Below, one piece after another: positions 41,727 through 51,411 of a DNA stretch of 64,000 nucleotides. The position numbers and the translations under genes were made by a program. The DNA comes from Tortispora ganteri (taxonomy: Eukaryota). The notes under the pieces are model-generated. The model was not told where the DNA came from and ran no database searches. It saw only the letters and a list, made by a program, of their open reading frames with translations. Every line of letters starts with the position of its first letter. Position 1 is the first letter of the stretch. The stretch spans positions 1-64,000 of the forward strand of contig PPNB01000011.1 in the NCBI GenBank assembly GCA_003707115.1, in the 5' to 3' direction.

Positions 41727-44700
41727 ATGTATATTACGCCAATGGAGGTTCCATATAGTGTATTGAATGAAATTGAGCCTTTAAGTAAGTGGATAGTATC
41801 AAAAAAAGGTGATATATTGTGCTATGATGAAGAAAAAGTGATATTATATAGGAATGAAGTTCTTGACAGAAAATTCACATTTGACGCGGAACGTATACTT
41901 GTTGCATTGTTTTATACGTTTCCTACACAATCTACCGAATCGGTAGTGATAGTTACTGATTCATATATACATACATTTTTCTCTTCTGGATTATATTATC
42001 AGACTGCTGCGCCATTTAAAGTTTTCGCTGCATATTCAACAAATATTGGTATAATTTTGCAAAGGTCTGACGATTCTGATCCGTCTCTACCACGGTTTTT
42101 AGTGTTTCATCATCCTATTAAAAACTTCGGATTAATACAGTCTCACGGCCCGAATCACGTTATTCTTTCTAAAGAGTCGCTTCTTTACACTACAGACATT
42201 TCTTCTCATTCAATTGTCGTCACATATAGTCACCCTAACGCTGTCATCCATGTATATACTGTCTCACCTATACTCAATACTCCTCCGGCTATTGTCGGCA
42301 CTGCTGATTCTAAGTCTATTAGAAAGTTCTCCTCTAAACGCATATCATCTTTGATAACCGCTTCATCTAATATGAGCGAAGACAGCATACATGAAATGTC
42401 AATAGACCGCTCTTTGGACCTTGACTTCTCCACGAACGTCTCTCGTGCTGATCTTTCCGCCGGACAAGATCGCATGAGCTTTGCAGAATCTTCAAAACCG
42501 CAATTTGATTTTGACGCTCTTAAACCTACTTGCGCTTTCAATTTTGTCACTTCAATCGCCCCTTCTTCGCAGTTCTCTATTGACACCGTTCGTATCCTGA
42601 TTGCCTCACACACTTATGGTTTCCTCCTAGGAATATTTGAATCCTCTTCTTCCAATCTCTCTTTACATTCTTTTAGATTTCCTGCTGACTCATCACTTCC
42701 CGGTTACATACGTCCTAACCCGACTAAAGTCTCTTCTTTCTCGCTGCCGGCATGCGACGCCCAACCACTCGCCTATTCTGCCGACTCGTCCTGCATCTTT
42801 CTTCTCCTCGACGAATCTCATGGTTACATTTACTATTATGGCCTGGATTATGACCCGCAAATGGCTTTTAATTTGCCATTTCCTACTAAAGCCGTTCGTG
42901 GCGCCTATGGAAACACGCTGCATTTAGTGCCAGTACACTCTGAATCCCCTGTAGCATGTCGTTTCTTGCTCCGCCCTGAACTGGATATTCAAGCTGACCT
43001 GCTATTTTCTGTCTTTAGATCTCGTGTAACAGTTTCATCGTTTTGCAGCGTTTTTCATATCTGGATTCTTTTAAGGTCCCATTTGAAAACAGACTTAAAG
43101 GCGTTAGTAGCTTCTATTATGGCGCTCATCATCCCCCTAGACGCTCTCGAAACCGTAAAGAACGAGATTGATGCATCATTTTCGGATCACCTAATGCAAT
43201 CTTTGCTGGAAAAAGGATCTTCAACAGTCTGGCTCAAATCATTAAAGGGTTCTACTTCCAACCCATTTATTTTAGAGTGCTTACGGGCTGTACTACTAGC
43301 ACGAAAATCTATTCCTTTCTCATCTCTAGATCCTGATGCTTGCTCTTCATTACTTTATGCTTTACATATTTGGATAGAGGAGATGTCTTTGCGTTCTGTT
43401 CTTCAGTCGGATGTGGCGGTTCTTTCTGAGGTGTTTCTTCATTTTGCTACTTGGTGTGCATGGAGCCCAGACTGGATCGACTACTACACCACATCTGATT
43501 CAAGCGTATCAGTGTCTATAAGCTTAAAATGCCCTCCCATTTGTTCAGAACCTCCGTCTGTTTTATATTTTCTCTCAGAAATGCTCCAGGGAAATTATGT
43601 CAATTTTAACTCACTCGCCCTTCCAAACGAGTTCTGTCTCCCTGGAAGCTACGGTATTCTTCCACTGACATACAAAGCGTTCAGCTTGTTCCAACTGATA
43701 TCTGAAGGGTTGCTAGACTCTTATCAACTTGTTACTAAAGCAATGGAGCTGGACATCTCACTGTATGATCTACATCAATTCCCACCTGGCGTTGCATTCC
43801 CATTGATGAATGCTATTTCCGATCTGAAAAATGCCGTCCCTTCAGCTTGGCACTATGCTGCACTTGACTATATAGGACGCGATGACATTAAGGCAATTCA
43901 TTTGCAGAACAATTCAGATAAGGGTGGATCTCGATCTGTAATTCCTCCTGAACCGCAGCACATTCACGAAATTGTCAATACTTTGGAGCATGAGGAGGAG
44001 CAGAACTACGATGACGTTTTAGAACACGATAAGCTATTGATATCACGGCTAATATTTTCGGATGACAGACGGTTTCTGGAAGTAAATAAGATATTGAACG
44101 CTCCTAAGCGGCCTCAAATCGTGCGATGGGATACGTCTCACTTAACTGGAGATCAAGAGATTATAGAGTCTAACGAATCAATTGCAAACACTATGGCTAT
44201 GAGATCGCTAGTTGTATCTCTAGGTCGCGCGGGACTTATTTATGCCACCCGCGAACCGCTTATCACCGAAAAATTCCCTATTCCTGCGATTAACTTCCGC
44301 GTTGTGATCCGACCCTCAATGACAACTGTAATGCCGGATATGGCAAACGTTGGTGAAGAAAATATTGCATGGGGTGCATTCCATTCGGGCGTAGCGGCTG
44401 GACTTAGTATATCACCTGGCGCAAAGAATGTCACGGGTAATTGGATTGTGTTTAATAAGCCTGCAGAGCTCAATCCACGTCACGGAGGATTTCTTCTTGG
44501 TTTAGGACTGAATGGCCATCTGAAAACCCTTGAAGAATGGCATGTATACAACTATCTCGGACCTAAACACTCACTTACCAGTGTCGGTTTGCTACTCGGA
44601 ATGTCTGCTAGCTATATGGGCACTATGGACACCAAAATGACCAAAGTTTTATCCGTACATGTGAAGATGCTGCTTCCTCCTGGTTCCTCAGACTTAAACG

Positions 44701-46367
44701 TCAACACTTTGGTTCAATCCATTGGTATTGTTGGAGTTGGGCTGGTATTCTTCAATCGAAAACACCGGAAAATTACCCAAATAATGATAAAAGAACTAAC
44801 CGACATTGATAGTACGGTTGTGTCTGTTTTATCTAAGTCTACTTTTAATGAAGCTTACTATTTGTGTGTGGGCTTTGCTCTTGGACTCATAAATATTGGC
44901 AACGGCAACTATTTTCTTGAGCAGTCCGATAGTGATCTAGTACGCAAACTCTTAAGCATAACGACTCCTGCGAACTATTCCACGAATAATTTCAAGTTGT
45001 CTAAATTCACACCAGGTGCACTTATGGCTCTTGCGCTAATATTTCTGCGTACCGGTAATAAATATATTGCTAATAAGCTGGATTTGAATGACTCGCAATA
45101 TATGATTCAATACATCCGGCCTGATCAGATGTTCTTGAGAATTTTAGCACGAAATCTGATTCTGTGGGATGATATAGAAGGTACTATGGACTGGATCATG
45201 GTACAGCTGCCTAAAGGCTTGAGAAATAAATTTTCTCAGAAGTTCGCATCAGAAAAGCTGGACAGTCTTGACCTTCCTTTCTTTTATGCAATTGCTGGTG
45301 CAGTGTTTGCTATGGCTCTGAAATATAACTCACAATTGAATACTGAGGTACGTGATATCATGCTAGAACTGCTTGATCGACTAATTCACATGGCTAGAAT
45401 TTCATCTGACCTGCATGATGCTGATATCGCTAGAAATGGTTTAATTAACGTTATCGGATCTGTTGCACTGGCTCTTTCCATTGTTATGGCGGGATCAGGG
45501 GATGTTTTAGTAATGCGAAGATTGAGAAATTTGCACGGACATCCGTATTCGACATATGGAGGATTCATGGCTGCCGAAATGGCTTTGGGATTTTTGTTTT
45601 TAGGCGGAGGTCAGTGTCAGTTTTGCGATAGCGATATTACTATTGCAAGTTTAGTCATGGCATGCTACCCATTGTTCCCTAACATTGATGGAGATTCGCC
45701 AGCCAGTATTGAAGCTCTTCGTCATATATGGGCCCTTGCAGTAGAAAAACGCTGTGTGGTGGTCAGGGAACTTGAAACTAATAAACCATGTAAGGTTAAC
45801 CTGAAATTCAAAGCATTTGGGTCCGGAAAGGCAATAGACCTTAGGTCACCAACTTTGTTGCCGATGAAGATGCATGAAATATCGTCTATCGAGACGCTGA
45901 GCGACAAATACAATCCTGTGGTACTAGATTTCAACACTGATCATGATGTTTTGGAAAGTTTTTCTAAGAATCTGACTATATTTGTGAAAAAGAGAGATAT
46001 CAAAAACAGTTCCGAAAGAAGAGTTGACAAAATCCTGGAGTATGTTACTGAGAATAACAAATGCATTGAAAGTTCATCAATTTCAGCATCTCAGACTTTA
46101 GGTAAACTGACTTCTTTTTTGAAATTTTATGAAGACGACAAGCTCAGTATCTTTCCTATGCATTTAGTGCCATCATTGCGATCTAATGTGGCAGATGAAG
46201 TGTTCTACTTTGAGAAGACATTAGAAGAGAGCAGAGACTATAGAAGTTTATTGAGCATGAAATTACTTCTTCTTTATGCGGATAAATATTCAGGTGCGAT
46301 GAAATACATTCCACAAAAATACATTGATCACATGCGGTTAAAACTAAATTTGGCTGTATATTCTTGA
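41727..46367 (+). CDS. APC1: Anaphase-promoting complex subunit 1
   Basis: IFSDDRRF.EV, WGAFHSGVAAGL, HGGFLLGLGLNGHL, VMAGSGD PC-repeat motifs; 1546 aa. Confidence 0.93.
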   Translation: MYITPMEVPYSVLNEIEPLSKWIVSKKGDILCYDEEKVILYRNEVLDRKFTFDAERILVALFYTFPTQSTESVVIVTDSYIHTFFSSGLYYQTAAPFKVFAAYSTNIGIILQRSDDSDPSLPRFLVFHHPIKNFGLIQSHGPNHVILSKESLLYTTDISSHSIVVTYSHPNAVIHVYTVSPILNTPPAIVGTADSKSIRKFSSKRISSLITASSNMSEDSIHEMSIDRSLDLDFSTNVSRADLSAGQDRMSFAESSKPQFDFDALKPTCAFNFVTSIAPSSQFSIDTVRILIASHTYGFLLGIFESSSSNLSLHSFRFPADSSLPGYIRPNPTKVSSFSLPACDAQPLAYSADSSCIFLLLDESHGYIYYYGLDYDPQMAFNLPFPTKAVRGAYGNTLHLVPVHSESPVACRFLLRPELDIQADLLFSVFRSRVTVSSFCSVFHIWILLRSHLKTDLKALVASIMALIIPLDALETVKNEIDASFSDHLMQSLLEKGSSTVWLKSLKGSTSNPFILECLRAVLLARKSIPFSSLDPDACSSLLYALHIWIEEMSLRSVLQSDVAVLSEVFLHFATWCAWSPDWIDYYTTSDSSVSVSISLKCPPICSEPPSVLYFLSEMLQGNYVNFNSLALPNEFCLPGSYGILPLTYKAFSLFQLISEGLLDSYQLVTKAMELDISLYDLHQFPPGVAFPLMNAISDLKNAVPSAWHYAALDYIGRDDIKAIHLQNNSDKGGSRSVIPPEPQHIHEIVNTLEHEEEQNYDDVLEHDKLLISRLIFSDDRRFLEVNKILNAPKRPQIVRWDTSHLTGDQEIIESNESIANTMAMRSLVVSLGRAGLIYATREPLITEKFPIPAINFRVVIRPSMTTVMPDMANVGEENIAWGAFHSGVAAGLSISPGAKNVTGNWIVFNKPAELNPRHGGFLLGLGLNGHLKTLEEWHVYNYLGPKHSLTSVGLLLGMSASYMGTMDTKMTKVLSVHVKMLLPPGSSDLNVNTLVQSIGIVGVGLVFFNRKHRKITQIMIKELTDIDSTVVSVLSKSTFNEAYYLCVGFALGLINIGNGNYFLEQSDSDLVRKLLSITTPANYSTNNFKLSKFTPGALMALALIFLRTGNKYIANKLDLNDSQYMIQYIRPDQMFLRILARNLILWDDIEGTMDWIMVQLPKGLRNKFSQKFASEKLDSLDLPFFYAIAGAVFAMALKYNSQLNTEVRDIMLELLDRLIHMARISSDLHDADIARNGLINVIGSVALALSIVMAGSGDVLVMRRLRNLHGHPYSTYGGFMAAEMALGFLFLGGGQCQFCDSDITIASLVMACYPLFPNIDGDSPASIEALRHIWALAVEKRCVVVRELETNKPCKVNLKFKAFGSGKAIDLRSPTLLPMKMHEISSIETLSDKYNPVVLDFNTDHDVLESFSKNLTIFVKKRDIKNSSERRVDKILEYVTENNKCIESSSISASQTLGKLTSFLKFYEDDKLSIFPMHLVPSLRSNVADEVFYFEKTLEESRDYRSLLSMKLLLLYADKYSGAMKYIPQKYIDHMRLKLNLAVYS

Positions 46368-46529
46368 TTTTTGACGCGTGGATGTACACGCTGTCACGGC
46401 GGGAGATTTTAACTTTTTTTTGACATTGGCGAAGGCGAACTCAACTTTAAAGCTTGTGATTGATTGACTAGTGTTGCAGTTTGGCCCGATTCACAGCTGC
46501 AAAGTGACAATTTATTTTGTTATACAAGT

Positions 46530-47141
46530 ATGCATTTTCAGAATAAAAGTGTTAAGGACTTATCTGATGCTGGTTTTGTTATTAGATCAGATTATGTCAT
46601 ACCTAATCGCAGAAATGAAGCTCCTAGGATCCCGTCGTCTATAATTGACCACAATAGGGAATCCAGTATATTTACCGGATCATTTATATACCTTGATGGG
46701 AGTGAGTGTGAAATAGAAAGTGCGGTTGCTGAATCTATAGTTAGTGCCGTATGTGAAGCGGCGAATGATTGTGCGTCCCTTAAAGGCTCGATCAAGCATG
46801 AGACTAGATCTGAAGAAGCAGGTGCACGGATATCGGTCATTTTCTACCGCATAAAAGCCAAACTATCCAACAAGGAACGGATTACAAAAGCATTCGATGA
46901 TCTAAAGCTTAAGCTTAGCCAGGTTAACCAGCGATTATTTCACAAGAAACCAAAAGATACAGAAGCTGTTGTCACTGCTGACAGCACAGAGTTGTACACA
47001 CCAGTAGGCTGCAATCTTAACGAGGATGACGAACTTTTTCTAAATGATATTAGAAATTTTGTTCCTGCTCTTAGGGTGACTGCTTCGAAAAATAAAGAGA
47101 AAAGACAGAAACTAGAATTGGCAATTGCCTCTTCAGAATAA
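46530..47141 (+). CDS. Hypothetical protein with helical/coiled-coil-like C-terminal half
   Basis: Open frame filling the gap between genes; first ATG at 46530; no family recognised. Confidence 0.55.
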   Translation: MHFQNKSVKDLSDAGFVIRSDYVIPNRRNEAPRIPSSIIDHNRESSIFTGSFIYLDGSECEIESAVAESIVSAVCEAANDCASLKGSIKHETRSEEAGARISVIFYRIKAKLSNKERITKAFDDLKLKLSQVNQRLFHKKPKDTEAVVTADSTELYTPVGCNLNEDDELFLNDIRNFVPALRVTASKNKEKRQKLELAIASSE

Positions 47142-47329
47142 TCGGTTCAACATCGGCAGGACCGCTTTGAACAGTCCATTGACGTTATTTCTGCTTTGCT
47201 TCTTCTTTTAGACCTTTTTAATGCCATATATTGTAAAATACTATCTGCTAACTCATCTTGTTGTTTTATCTTTTTTCTGAGCACTGGTAACTTAACTTTA
47301 GTCAATTACATTATGCACCGTGCCGAATT

Positions 47330-48304
47330 ATGGCTAAAGATCAAATATTACTAGTTGGTGCTGCTTACCAAGATATTATTCTTGATATCCCGTATTTTCC
47401 GCAGGAAGATACTAAATTACAAGTGAAAAATTTGTCTCGAAGATGGGGTGGCAATGTGGTGAACATCGCTCGCGTCCTTAGAGCGCTGGACGATAATCTT
47501 GATATACATTTAATGGTGCCACTGCCTAGTGAGTCTGCCAGCAAGGAGTTCTTAGAATTTTGTGCTCGAATTAATGTTACAGTCAGTCCTTTATTTTCAG
47601 ATGCGACAGACTTTCCTGTTGCCTATGTAGCGCGATCCCTGGAGCGGAACACTAGAACTATTCTGAATTACTCTAATGTTCCACAATTCAACCAGACTGC
47701 TACTCAGCATCTGCTTGATTTAATCAGTTCTCACGAATACAAGTGGCTGCATTTTGAAGGACGAACACAAGAGTTTCTTGAAAAATGCTTAGATACTCCG
47801 GAAATTACCTCCATAACAAACATCTCTCTGGAGCTCGAGAAACCAGATAGATTATGGCTATTGCCTTTGGCGAGCAAAGTCAGTACAATTTTCTCAAACT
47901 GGGAATTTGTAAGTAAAGTTCATCGCCCGGAATGGAATGCTGACTTTCGTCAGAAATGTCTATCCTTCCTGAATTCTGGTATCAGTTCAAATTGTTTTGT
48001 CACCTCGGGTAGCAGTGTCACCTTCGGCAGTGTAGCGGGCGATCCAGTATTTATACCGATTGAAAAGATCAGTTCTAAAGAATCTACAGGTGCAGGGGAT
48101 GCGTTTGCGGCTGCTTGCATATATTATTTAATGCACAATGCTGGTGGTACAAAAGAGACCGTTCGATTTGCCAACTTTGTAGCCTGTCAGTACCTTGAAT
48201 CAAAAGACAACGATATCAGTTCCAGTTCCAGCGACAAAGATGCTCATAATTATGAAGATATGCTTATTCCTGATAATTTTGCTGAAAGACTGCGCAATTC
48301 ATAG
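47330..48304 (+). CDS. PfkB-family carbohydrate kinase, ketohexokinase-like
   Basis: FPQEDTK, RRWGGN, WLHFEGR, ELEKP, TGAGDAF motifs. Confidence 0.85.
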   Translation: MAKDQILLVGAAYQDIILDIPYFPQEDTKLQVKNLSRRWGGNVVNIARVLRALDDNLDIHLMVPLPSESASKEFLEFCARINVTVSPLFSDATDFPVAYVARSLERNTRTILNYSNVPQFNQTATQHLLDLISSHEYKWLHFEGRTQEFLEKCLDTPEITSITNISLELEKPDRLWLLPLASKVSTIFSNWEFVSKVHRPEWNADFRQKCLSFLNSGISSNCFVTSGSSVTFGSVAGDPVFIPIEKISSKESTGAGDAFAAACIYYLMHNAGGTKETVRFANFVACQYLESKDNDISSSSSDKDAHNYEDMLIPDNFAERLRNS

Positions 48305-48505
48305 AATTGCAGGATGTTTTAATGATGCATGTAGTGCATATATTACTGCTATGCACCTCATACTGCATAAAATGCGCTCTGCATGCGACCTTGAAACTTG
48401 GCTCTTCCATACACTTTGTAGGTAGAGTAATTACAGTCCAGATTATTTTAGATCTAAAGTTATTGCTGGAGATTTTGGGTTATTGCAAATCTTATTTGTT
48501 CAATA

Positions 48506-50713
48506 ATGTCTTCTCGTCCTAAAACATTGCAAACGTCTGGTGGCCTGTTCACTGCTCTGAAAACGAGCAGCACCAATCCAGCTGCAATACTTGGGGCTCA
48601 GCAACATCCTTTGGCTCTAAAGGATCAGTTGACTGACCAAAATCCTATTGAGACTAACAAGTTTTATGGAAATTGGCTCGTTGACGATCAATCTGGACCT
48701 GTATGGACTCATCCTTACAGTATGTGGTGGAATAAGTCCGCTCCTGGAATGGCTATAAGCTATAGGCCAAGGTCTACTTTTGTTTATGGTGGAACTTCTG
48801 TCGAAGGCAGTTCTCAATACTATTTTGCTCCCGTTGGCGTCATTTCATTCCAATTCTCGGCTGCTGAACTTACTACTTCCAATACAATCATGCAGCTTGA
48901 TACTCCGGAGATGATGTCCATTAATTGTAACTTGGTTAACAGAAATAATACTGAGCAAAAAATATGGTTTCCTACTGTTCAAGGTATGGGTTTCATTACT
49001 GCAAAGTATATAGGCACTACTCCGATTATTTCCTCTGCAGTTGGATTCAAAAATATTGCTTATGTTGGACTAGTAAACAATAATGTACAGTTCTTCAGAA
49101 TTACTTTATATGATGACTCCAACTGGCTTCTGTTTGCTTTCCTCTCCCCAAGTGTTACAAACGACGGAAAAACTCTTTCCCTGAGTCTACAAGGCGGTTC
49201 TCTTCGTGGCTCTATGTCATATGGCCAATGTGTTATTCAAGTTGCCTATTGTCCTACACCTGCCGATGAATCTGCGTATATAAATGCTTGTGGAGTGTAT
49301 GTTCGTACTGTTACTGTGAATGGATCTTCAAGCAATAACACGGGAATAGTTGAGTTTCAGTACCATAGAGAAGAGTCCACAAGTAGGCCCGTGTTGCAAT
49401 TTGCTTTACCTCATCAAATTGATCTATTTGATGAGGATACTAAAAGCACTGCTACATCTATTTACATGGATTCTACTTCTAAAGGAACTTTACGTGCATA
49501 CCACACTACCAAGTTTACTTTAGTTTCGACTCTGCCTAACCGTTCAAACGTGTACTTTCTTCCTAACACGCATTCATCTGAAAATAGCCTTGAAGCACCC
49601 TATTTGAGTTTTAATCAGGCCAGTTTGAATAGACTCTCATCTGTATCGGATTCAGAAATCGGATTCCCCTGGAAAAGCCAGGACACTATTGTTAATGAGA
49701 TTGTAAACGCCTGCAACCTTGACAGTGTTTATTTTTCAGGAAAAGCAATTGACAAGTATGCCTGTTTATTACTGTCGCTGAAGTACGTTTTGAAAGACGA
49801 TACTAAGGCTGCAATTGTTGCATCTGGACTCAGATCTGCATTTGCTTTGTGGGTTAGCAATAATCAACAGACCAAGTTAGTATATGATTCTAAGTTTCAT
49901 GGGATTGTTTCTTTATCTGGAATGGCTAGTTCAGGAGCAGACTTTGGTAATGGATACTATAACGATCATCATTTCCATTACGGGTACTTTATTCATGCTG
50001 CGGCAGTCCTTGCACTGTATGATTCTTCATGGATTGCTGATTCTACAAACAAAACTTGGGTCGATATGCTTGTAAGAGACATTGCTAATCCTTCAGAAGA
50101 TGATAAATATTTTCCAGTGTCTAGAGCGTTTGATTGGTTTCATGGGCACTCGTGGGCCAAAGGACTGTTCGCGTCAGGCGATGGAAAAGACGAGGAGTCT
50201 ACCTCTGAAGATTATCATCATATATATGGTATTATGCTATGGGCAATGGTTAGTGGAGACTCTAACATGGAACACAGAGCGGCTATGCAGTTGGCTCTCA
50301 TGAGAAAGTCTTTTAACCATTATTTCCTGTACACTTCAGGGAATAACACGATGCCCAGCCCTATTGTTGGCAACAAGGTGTCTGGAATTTTATTCGAGAA
50401 CAAAGTAGATCATGCTACATACTTTGGCATGAATAGAGAATATATTCACGGTATTCAAATGCTACCATTGACGCCGGCTAGTGTTTATATTCGACAGAAA
50501 CAGTTTGTGCAGGAAGAATGGGATTTGCTATTCGCGTCCTACAATAATTCAGTTAATTCTGGCTGGAGGGGTATTCTCTATCAGAACCTTGCGCTTGCTA
50601 ATAGCCCTGTGGCCTACGGGTTCTTTTTCTATAATGATTATAATCCCAACTGGATCGATGACGGAGCTACTTGGACGTACTCGCTCGTTTTTACTGGAGC
50701 GTTGACCCTATGA
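48506..50713 (+). CDS. ACF2: Endo-1,3(4)-beta-glucanase, GH81, no signal peptide (Acf2/Eng2-like)
   Basis: PIETNKFY, DFGNGYYNDHHFHYGY, GHSWAKGLF, DEESTSED, YIHGIQMLP motifs. Confidence 0.88.
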   Translation: MSSRPKTLQTSGGLFTALKTSSTNPAAILGAQQHPLALKDQLTDQNPIETNKFYGNWLVDDQSGPVWTHPYSMWWNKSAPGMAISYRPRSTFVYGGTSVEGSSQYYFAPVGVISFQFSAAELTTSNTIMQLDTPEMMSINCNLVNRNNTEQKIWFPTVQGMGFITAKYIGTTPIISSAVGFKNIAYVGLVNNNVQFFRITLYDDSNWLLFAFLSPSVTNDGKTLSLSLQGGSLRGSMSYGQCVIQVAYCPTPADESAYINACGVYVRTVTVNGSSSNNTGIVEFQYHREESTSRPVLQFALPHQIDLFDEDTKSTATSIYMDSTSKGTLRAYHTTKFTLVSTLPNRSNVYFLPNTHSSENSLEAPYLSFNQASLNRLSSVSDSEIGFPWKSQDTIVNEIVNACNLDSVYFSGKAIDKYACLLLSLKYVLKDDTKAAIVASGLRSAFALWVSNNQQTKLVYDSKFHGIVSLSGMASSGADFGNGYYNDHHFHYGYFIHAAAVLALYDSSWIADSTNKTWVDMLVRDIANPSEDDKYFPVSRAFDWFHGHSWAKGLFASGDGKDEESTSEDYHHIYGIMLWAMVSGDSNMEHRAAMQLALMRKSFNHYFLYTSGNNTMPSPIVGNKVSGILFENKVDHATYFGMNREYIHGIQMLPLTPASVYIRQKQFVQEEWDLLFASYNNSVNSGWRGILYQNLALANSPVAYGFFFYNDYNPNWIDDGATWTYSLVFTGALTL

Positions 50714-50794
50714 GGTAGTTTTATTATAATTGTTTCCTCCCAACTGCAGTTTCTGTACAATTTCGACATTGCATCATTATTTTTGTAATAGAGA

Positions 50795-51211
50795 ATGTGG
50801 CATCAGAAGCAGATCAGCGTAGGCAATAAATCGCGAGGATGTCATTTAGTTACAGATGATATTTTAAAGCAATTGCCTGAGATTAAGAACCTAAAAGTTG
50901 GACTTTTGCATTTGTTTATGCAGCACACATCTGCGGGACTGACACTCAATGAGAATTGGGACTCTGATGTGCGCTTAGATATGGCTGACTCACTCTCACG
51001 AATTGCACCTGAAGGTAATATGTACAGACACGATGCTGAAGGAGCTGATGATATGCCTGCACATATAAAGTCTAGTTTGGTTGGCGCTTCTGTTAGTATT
51101 CCGATTTCGAATGGAGCGCTGGCTACAGGTACCTGGCAGGGTATTTGGCTGTGTGAGTTTCGTTCTGGCAGACACACTCGACGCATTCTTGCTACTATTC
51201 AAGGTGAATGA
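50795..51211 (+). CDS. UPF0047/YjbQ family protein
   Basis: HTSAGLTLNEN.D.DV, H..EG.DDMPAHIKSSL.G, GTWQGI motifs. Confidence 0.93.
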   Translation: MWHQKQISVGNKSRGCHLVTDDILKQLPEIKNLKVGLLHLFMQHTSAGLTLNENWDSDVRLDMADSLSRIAPEGNMYRHDAEGADDMPAHIKSSLVGASVSIPISNGALATGTWQGIWLCEFRSGRHTRRILATIQGE

Positions 51212-51411
51212 ATAAGCAAAAAGGACATATTGAATGTGATCTTGTATATATGTTTATAGTAAATTGAATTTTTATTTGCAAGTGGAGCATGTTGACAATA
51301 ACTGGACCCTTTATAGAGCCCAATTTCTGACTTGGGTGTAAAATCCTAACCTTCGATACAGCGCCCTTCCCCTCCCCCACACACATACATTCTTTTGCAT
51401 TATCTATAACA

